This document shows, one piece after another, positions 1 to 6,784 of a stretch of DNA of 11,101 nucleotides. The stretch lies in NCBI GenBank assembly GCA_051382335.1, contig JBBCAX010000444.1, forward strand, positions 1-11,101. Reading direction: 5' to 3'. Made by a program: the position numbers and the translations under genes. Origin of the DNA: Deltaproteobacteria bacterium TL4 (lineage in GTDB: Bacteria > SAR324 > NAC60-12). The number at the start of each line of letters is the position of its first letter. Within the stretch, counting starts at the first letter, position 1. Below the pieces are notes generated by a model. The model was given only the letters and a program-made list of their open reading frames with translations. It did not search any database and was not told the DNA's origin.

Positions 1-82
1 TCGTATTAGAATTAATGATAGGTTTGGCCTGAAAAACGGGAAATAATAACCTTGCATTAATTCATTCATAAAATAAAACCAC

Positions 83-91
83 TGATATTAT
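83..91 (+). promoter_or_regulatory. Possible extended -10 sigma70-type promoter element (TG-A-TATTAT) for the + strand cluster
   Basis: TGATATTAT at 83-91 fits TGnTATAAT with one mismatch and ends 21 nt before the ATG at 113, in an AT-rich non-coding stretch. No well-spaced -35 (TTCATA at 65-70 gives a 15-nt spacer). Chance matches are likely in AT-rich DNA. Confidence 0.3.
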
Positions 92-112
92 TGAATAATT
101 AAAACTAAAACC

Positions 113-1297
113 ATGAATCAAATGTTCAAAGTCCAGAAAATAATAAAACAAATTAATAAGTCAGAACCTCCATTCTTTAGTGCGGAAAACCTGGAAAACC
201 TCTGGTGTTTTCAGAGTAAAGAAGATAGCAAACTGCTTAAATTTGACTCCAGTATATTGTATTTAATTGATCATCCATCTGAAAACTTGGAAATTCATCA
301 AAGTTTAATAAATCTAGGATTAAAATTTGAAAAAATTGAATGGGTGGTTGCCGATCAAGGATTGCCAACAATCAATACTCAAATCGATAATCTAAAAAAA
401 GCAGATAATCTCGCTGCATTAGAATTGTTGCAACGAATAAAAGAAGGAAATAGACATGATTTTGTTAAGAATCACCTAAAGTTGCTTCCTATCATCGATT
501 TTTTATGTTCTCAGGAAAAAAAGAATCTGTCAGAAGATCTTCAACTGGCTTTTCTCGTTATTACCGCACAAAACAAAGAGAATCGAAGAAACCTTGGAAC
601 TATCTTTTTGAAGAATTCTCCGTTAAACGGTAAAGAATTAACCGTATGGAAGGGGCTATTTCAATCTTTCTTTGCGGAAGTTCATCCTTCTTGCTCAGAG
701 CCTTTACAGCGTTTGTTAAAACACAAACCTTCTCTTCAAAAATGTCTTCATTCTTCAGACTGTCTCTTGGAAATTTTACAATCTAATTCTTATTTGGAAC
801 CCCTTCATCGTGCTCGCTTTAAATTCTCAAAATCTTTTGAAAGGTTGCACCAAATAATTAATAGCAACTTGAAAACAGAAATTACTTCAGAAATAGAAAA
901 AACAGCCAAAATAATTTTGGAAGAAGCAGACCATCGATGGGAAGATTTGACGGACGCATTTCAACTTACAGTCCTCACATTACCGATTCACCGTACATCA
1001 GAGGGAACGTTTATTTCACTAACAGAAATGGAGGGGGACAACCAATCCACAATTGCTGAACGCTTCCAATTACAATCCAGCGATGATTTAAAAGATGCCC
1101 CTATCAGCCTTCCTGAACTCACTCTGCTGCATCCTGATCGGATGATCCGTAACTTTTATCGTGATCATCTAAAAATCACCGTAGAGGGTAGAGTTGAAGT
1201 ACTCAAATCATGTTTGAAACAAATTGGTAAAGATTCATCAAATAATAGTGAACTCTTAGAATATATTGCCAGTATAGTGAAGAACTGGAGAAACTGA
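113..1297 (+). CDS. Hypothetical helical protein (394 aa), probably the N-terminal part of the giant sacsin-like protein, separated by a -1 frameshift near 1252-1294
   Basis: Long ORF with ATG at 113 and an in-frame TGA at 92-94, so it cannot extend upstream. Contains LPIHRTSEGTFISL (980-1021), a motif type that recurs in the next ORF. The next ORF's frame is already open from 1252 and overlaps this ORF's end. Confidence 0.75.
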   Translation: MNQMFKVQKIIKQINKSEPPFFSAENLENLWCFQSKEDSKLLKFDSSILYLIDHPSENLEIHQSLINLGLKFEKIEWVVADQGLPTINTQIDNLKKADNLAALELLQRIKEGNRHDFVKNHLKLLPIIDFLCSQEKKNLSEDLQLAFLVITAQNKENRRNLGTIFLKNSPLNGKELTVWKGLFQSFFAEVHPSCSEPLQRLLKHKPSLQKCLHSSDCLLEILQSNSYLEPLHRARFKFSKSFERLHQIINSNLKTEITSEIEKTAKIILEEADHRWEDLTDAFQLTVLTLPIHRTSEGTFISLTEMEGDNQSTIAERFQLQSSDDLKDAPISLPELTLLHPDRMIRNFYRDHLKITVEGRVEVLKSCLKQIGKDSSNNSELLEYIASIVKNWRN

Positions 1298-1338
1298 AGG
1301 CGGTAGAAGATAATGCCAATCATCATGATGCAGAGGAA

Positions 1339-4300
1339 TTGGTTTCACTACTTGGGGAAGCCAATCTGGTTTTTTGCATTGATGAACAATGGAGAAATCA
1401 AAAGGAATGTTATGACCTAAGGGAAATTGCAATCAATCTGAAAAAACAAGGATGGAAAAATGAAAATTTAAACCAAATGCTAGCGTGGTTGGTGTCGAAT
1501 AATCCTGTATTAACCTTGGATAAAAAATTGACTAAGTCGTTGGATCAGCTTGTTAAACTGAACAACTATGAATCCAACGATATTCCCAAATTGGTGATTA
1601 CAAGTGAAGTTGAAGAGTTTAGCCTTCATCAACGAGTCAAAATTTTGTCAGACAATGAAGCTTCCTGGCCTAGTGAGCCTATTGAAAGATCTGCAGCACT
1701 GGATCAGATTGACTGTCTTTCTTTCTCAGGAATGATTCCTCTATCTGAAGTAGAAATTGTACCATTATTAGAAATGAAGATGGGGCTGGAAATAGGAAAA
1801 GCTTTTTTTCCGAAATGTATTGATCTCAAGGGAGTTTCCAAACAATGGAAACTGGAAGATGATAAGGTTTCCAAGGTCTTAGGCCTCATGGATGTGAAAA
1901 CGTTATCAATTGAGGAAACTCAAGAGCGTATTTTAGACCAATTTGCTCAGGTTTGGGAACAGATCATCACACAAAAAAGATTATCTTTGCTCCGTTTCAT
2001 CAGTCAATGGGAACCGTCAGAAAAACTAACATCACTTCTACAGAATTTGGATGTGGTTTTGGTCAATTTCCCTGATCCAAATTGGGTGTTACCAAAAAAT
2101 ATAATTTCTCCCAAATGGTTTGAGAAAGGAGTTCCTCCAAATATTCCAGATTCCAATCTACCTGTGATTGAAAAGATAGATCCCAAAATAATTGATCTTT
2201 GGAATGAGTGCTGTTCACTGAAGACATTGGAAGAAGTGGTTTGTGAAACATTACATTGGACACAACAAGCACCCAATCCTTCAGTTGCTTGGAAGAAGCT
2301 CGTTGAATGGATTGATCTGATCACTTCAAAGGAGCAGGATACCCAAAAAGCTATTGACTCTCAAGATTTAGTGAATGCTCTTCAAAATAAAAAATGGGTA
2401 CTCACACGTAAAAACGTTGAATTGAGTTTTCAGAAACCTGAAAACGTGATTTTGCATAAAGGAGCAGAAATCCTATCAAGTCAATTTTCAATTGTTGCAG
2501 ATATTTTACCCAAAATAGTAACCAAAAATCCTGAAGAATTTGGCTTTCGAAACAAAATTTTACCTCAAGTTGAGAACATCGAGAAACTTGCTCACTGTCT
2601 AATGCAAAGCTGCAATGCTTCCTCTAATGGAGTTCTTAGTGTTTATGAACTGGTCTGTGATCTCATTGAAGATCGTCAGGATTTGGAAATTGCTTGGAGA
2701 AAATTTTCTGAACAAATGCCTGTGTTTCGATTGTTTCAGGAACCTGACATAGTAATGACTTCTAATGAACTATACCTAGGATCTGAAGACTGCCAGCAAA
2801 ATTTTGGTCACCTGCTCCTCTGTTTGAATGCAGGTAAAGATAAAAAGGGAGAGAATACAATTTCAAAAGCGAGAAAACTTTACCAGAAATTAGGAATTGA
2901 ATCCGATCCTTCTTTGATTCAAATTGTCATGGCATTATCAAAAATTGATGGAAGCGCCAAACAATGGGAAACAACCCATGAACAACTCGCAAATATACTG
3001 ACTCATAAGAAATTTACGAATCTTCCTGAAAGACTTGATCAAATCAGGGTGCTTACATGTTCGGGTGATTATCAACCAATAAAGAGTTGTTACCAGGACG
3101 AAGAGATAGGTTTACCAAACCTTCTTCAAACAGATAGCCAACCTTTCCTTATCCGAAAGTCCGACAATTCATCCAGCAAGATATTAAGATGGTTAAAAGA
3201 ACATTCACCACAACAAATTAATAATTTGAGAGATATCGCAAAAATGGAATTGTTGGGAAAGCCTTTAAAAATTCAAAATTCTTCAGCAATGCAAATTTTC
3301 AATCAATGGATGGATTGGTTTAAACAGTTGAAAAGAGAAGATTCAATAGTGAGTGAAAGACTTTGTGATTTAGGATATAATGTTCCAAGTCAAGAAATCC
3401 AAATAAGCGTAGTGGAAAAAATTGATATCCGGTTCGTTCTCCCAAACAATAATTTTGTTTACCCTTCGGATAAATGGAGAGGACCAGAAATTTATGCAAT
3501 TCCTGGTAATATTTTCATTAGACAAGACCTAATAGAATTCGATTACTTTAGTCAACCAGATCGTCTGGAAAAATTAGATGAAAAAATTGCAGAAGAATTA
3601 CTCCATATTTTTGAATCTTCTGACCAAGAACGTTCACCGGATCAAGTAGGTCTCTTTGGCTTTGTTAAAGAAACATTGGAGCGGCCAGGTGTTGTTATAA
3701 ATCGTCTACGGAAAGAGCGTGAAGACCGGTTTTTTTATCAATATCGTGACCAAGTTCCAGATCATGAATTCTTAAAACTGCATGAAGAATATGATCATAC
3801 TCGTTCTGGTACTGAAAAGCATGAGGAACTGAGATCCAAAATGTTCCAGATTACCAATCAAAATTTTGCATCGTCTCGTCGAGACCAGATTCGAAATTAT
3901 GGTTATGACGAGTATTCCGTTTTTGCCGAATTGGTTCAGAATGCTGAAGATGCATATTCCCAACGAGAAACGATTGGGTTAGAACCCCCTGAAGCAATAA
4001 GCATTACATTTCGATATGAACTGGATCAATCTGGGAAAAAGCTTATTGTTGAACACTTTGGGCGACCTTTCAACTGTTGGCGTCATGGCAATCTTGAAGT
4101 GGATCAGTTTAAACAGGATGTAGAAGGCGTACTCCGCTCTTCAGGAAGTTTTAAAACTCATGCAACTTCGTCAAATCGAGCCATCGGGCGTTTTGGACTC
4201 GGTTTTAAAAGTGTGTTCCTCTTGACAGATCAACCCACAATCCACTCGGCTCCATGGCACTTTACAATTGAAGCAGGTTGCCTTCCCAAGGAGATCTCTG

Positions 4301-6738
4301 CTCCAGATGATCTTCCCAAAGGAGCCACTCGAATCGTTTTGCCTCTACGTGAAAATGTCACTGAGCTTTCAGGTGATGATATTGCATCCCTACTTAATCT
4401 TTTGCCGTTTCTGAGGAAAATTAAGAACTTAAATTTTAAAGGGAATTGTAATCAATCGAATCTGATTATTAATACCAAGAATATTTATGAGAACGATGAA
4501 GGTTTTTTTGTTGAGGATATATTTATCAATGGATGCTCTCACAATAGAGGGGATAAAGTGAATTTTCTTCGGTGTTGTCATACGGAACATAATGGGCAAC
4601 TTGCGTTAAATCTTTCTCCCGAAGGACTTCCTGTTCCATGGGATGAAGCTTTTGATAGAGACTTTTTTGTTATATTACCTCTCAAAGCTAATTTGGGATG
4701 CGGTGTTGCAATATCTCATCTTTTTGAGATTCAATCTGGAAGAACCCATTTAATAGACCATTCGGACAATAATGATAGGATCAAGGACTTAGCTGACCTA
4801 GTTTCAGGATTTGCGGGAGCATTGAAATTTTTAACTATAAGAAATACTATTCAGAAAGTGTTAAACCACTTTTGGTCTTTATGGCGTTGGGACGGAGATT
4901 CAGAATGTTATGACATAAGAAAAGCTTTGGCTGAAAGTTTGGCAAAATTACCATACCATTCAGTTGTTATTCCAACCCTTGATGAAAATATTGCGGCTTC
5001 GTTTGAAAAGAAAATGATTTTCTATTTTTCTCAGAATATCCCCATAGCGTTTTCCAATAAACTTATTAAAGAAACTTTTATACTACTTGATAAAAAAAGA
5101 GAATACAGCCTATCTAATCGAGTAATTGTACCCTATGTTTTTGCCAAAAACTATTTGACAATATGTAAATTTGCAGATTATCCAGAACCAAACTCCTTGA
5201 TCAAAATTTCTTGGGAGAAAATTGGCGAAACTCTCTCCGGTTCCTCTTGGTTTGCTAAATGTCCAGAGTTACTGAATACTCTAGCAGAGGAGCTTTCACC
5301 ACAGCAGGAAGTCAATGTTTTAGGTTGGTTGTCAGAATGTCAAATTCTTGGTCGTGATGGACGAGATAAACCAGTCTACAAATTAGCCAAAGAATTGTTG
5401 ATTCCAAATTTTCCATACAAGGAACTACTACCAGTTCGTTTTCTTGAATGGTTGGATCCTTGCTACAATGATAAGACTACAAATTTGCTTCACGATTTAT
5501 TGAAACAGCCCTCTGTTGAGCATCTTCGTAAGATGTTAAAAAAAGAACTTATATTGAATGAGTGTGAAGACTTTTTGCAATATCTTTTGAAAGCCAAAAT
5601 CTACAGAATTGAAGAATATGACTCCCTCAAGGATGATTTACAAACCAAATGGATTCCTCATCATGGTGGATACATCAGTGTTGCTGAAGCTAAAACAAAG
5701 TCCAATTTTGATAATGATCTGTTTGATAATGTTGAGTTTTGTGCATGGCTTGGTCTTATTGATAAGACACCTGAACCTGAAGTCGATGAACGTGAAAAGT
5801 ATAAACATCCAGAATTTGATCCTACAACATGGTTGGAAAAACTTTATGACTGGTGGAATAATAATGAAAAAGCACAAATACAACTATACGAGAAACGGGT
5901 TTATCCATTAGGTCATCCGTTTAATTTGAAAACCGATTTTCGTTCAAAGGATAGAGAAGCCCGCAAGGAATGGCTCAGCTTATTTCTTCTCGGTTCTTTC
6001 CACACAATGGGACGTGTAAAACCAAGTCAGCACAAAGAATTTATTAATAAGTGTGAAAACAAAGGATGGTTGCAAGTTTTTGCAGAACCAGAATCTGATG
6101 CAAATGATTGGATGAAAATTTTGGACGAATACCTTGATAGTCAAATTGGAAATACATTTTACAATCAATGGGTCAAACAGTTTGTTAGCATTTATCAATT
6201 GGCTAAATGGTTAATAGATTATAGAGACTCTTTTTTAGAAATTGAAAAAAATCAAATGAATTTTTCAATAAATGAGATCACAATTTCTCGTGAAAATCCA
6301 ATACAACAAAGAGGGGGAATTAATGCACCACCGTTGACAAAGACACTTGGAATTGGAACGAATTTCATCATCAGAGAACTTCTTAGGAACAGAGTCATTG
6401 TCCAACCACTTGCCCATAGACACTGTTATGTTCCTGTCGGCCGAGTGAGAGATATTATGAGAGAACTAGGTTGCGATGGACTTGATGATGATCGTGGAGA
6501 AAAAGCTGATCGCTCTCAAATTATTCATAAATTTCTAGTTGGGCATCTTGGTGAGAATAGGGCAATATTTAATCATTCATTTGACCTTCCTTTATTGGCA
6601 GTAGCAGACGGGGATGCACCTAGATGGGATCTTCCCAGTTCTTTCCAAAACAATTACTCCAATAATTCACGAAACGGTGAAAACTGGGTAACTCTTTCTG
6701 ATGGTAGAAAAATACTAATTAAAAATTCTTATTACTAA
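1339..6738 (+). CDS. Giant sacsin-like protein with internal GHKL (HSP90/MutL/MORC-type) ATPase and S5-like module, degenerate repeats and a C-terminal HhH-like helical domain. Start uncertain (frame open from 1252)
   Basis: N-box ELVQNAEDA (3928-3954), HFGRPF (4054-4071), glycine loop GRFGLGFKSVF (4186-4218), GATRIVLPLR (4321-4350) and LPLKANLGCGVAISHLFEIQSGRTHL (4675-4752) follow the order of the sacsin/NOV-type GHKL-S5 signature. The TTG at 1339 has GAGG only 2 nt upstream, which is poor RBS spacing. Confidence 0.88.
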   Translation: MVSLLGEANLVFCIDEQWRNQKECYDLREIAINLKKQGWKNENLNQMLAWLVSNNPVLTLDKKLTKSLDQLVKLNNYESNDIPKLVITSEVEEFSLHQRVKILSDNEASWPSEPIERSAALDQIDCLSFSGMIPLSEVEIVPLLEMKMGLEIGKAFFPKCIDLKGVSKQWKLEDDKVSKVLGLMDVKTLSIEETQERILDQFAQVWEQIITQKRLSLLRFISQWEPSEKLTSLLQNLDVVLVNFPDPNWVLPKNIISPKWFEKGVPPNIPDSNLPVIEKIDPKIIDLWNECCSLKTLEEVVCETLHWTQQAPNPSVAWKKLVEWIDLITSKEQDTQKAIDSQDLVNALQNKKWVLTRKNVELSFQKPENVILHKGAEILSSQFSIVADILPKIVTKNPEEFGFRNKILPQVENIEKLAHCLMQSCNASSNGVLSVYELVCDLIEDRQDLEIAWRKFSEQMPVFRLFQEPDIVMTSNELYLGSEDCQQNFGHLLLCLNAGKDKKGENTISKARKLYQKLGIESDPSLIQIVMALSKIDGSAKQWETTHEQLANILTHKKFTNLPERLDQIRVLTCSGDYQPIKSCYQDEEIGLPNLLQTDSQPFLIRKSDNSSSKILRWLKEHSPQQINNLRDIAKMELLGKPLKIQNSSAMQIFNQWMDWFKQLKREDSIVSERLCDLGYNVPSQEIQISVVEKIDIRFVLPNNNFVYPSDKWRGPEIYAIPGNIFIRQDLIEFDYFSQPDRLEKLDEKIAEELLHIFESSDQERSPDQVGLFGFVKETLERPGVVINRLRKEREDRFFYQYRDQVPDHEFLKLHEEYDHTRSGTEKHEELRSKMFQITNQNFASSRRDQIRNYGYDEYSVFAELVQNAEDAYSQRETIGLEPPEAISITFRYELDQSGKKLIVEHFGRPFNCWRHGNLEVDQFKQDVEGVLRSSGSFKTHATSSNRAIGRFGLGFKSVFLLTDQPTIHSAPWHFTIEAGCLPKEISAPDDLPKGATRIVLPLRENVTELSGDDIASLLNLLPFLRKIKNLNFKGNCNQSNLIINTKNIYENDEGFFVEDIFINGCSHNRGDKVNFLRCCHTEHNGQLALNLSPEGLPVPWDEAFDRDFFVILPLKANLGCGVAISHLFEIQSGRTHLIDHSDNNDRIKDLADLVSGFAGALKFLTIRNTIQKVLNHFWSLWRWDGDSECYDIRKALAESLAKLPYHSVVIPTLDENIAASFEKKMIFYFSQNIPIAFSNKLIKETFILLDKKREYSLSNRVIVPYVFAKNYLTICKFADYPEPNSLIKISWEKIGETLSGSSWFAKCPELLNTLAEELSPQQEVNVLGWLSECQILGRDGRDKPVYKLAKELLIPNFPYKELLPVRFLEWLDPCYNDKTTNLLHDLLKQPSVEHLRKMLKKELILNECEDFLQYLLKAKIYRIEEYDSLKDDLQTKWIPHHGGYISVAEAKTKSNFDNDLFDNVEFCAWLGLIDKTPEPEVDEREKYKHPEFDPTTWLEKLYDWWNNNEKAQIQLYEKRVYPLGHPFNLKTDFRSKDREARKEWLSLFLLGSFHTMGRVKPSQHKEFINKCENKGWLQVFAEPESDANDWMKILDEYLDSQIGNTFYNQWVKQFVSIYQLAKWLIDYRDSFLEIEKNQMNFSINEITISRENPIQQRGGINAPPLTKTLGIGTNFIIRELLRNRVIVQPLAHRHCYVPVGRVRDIMRELGCDGLDDDRGEKADRSQIIHKFLVGHLGENRAIFNHSFDLPLLAVADGDAPRWDLPSSFQNNYSNNSRNGENWVTLSDGRKILIKNSYY

Positions 6739-6784
6739 CAGTAAAGATGATGAACATCCGAATTCAAAAATGGAGTCATTTCTG

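Noticed and set aside
1252..1297. Programmed -1 ribosomal frameshift signal
   Set aside because: No slippery heptamer or clear downstream stimulatory hairpin in the overlap. A simple indel explains it better.
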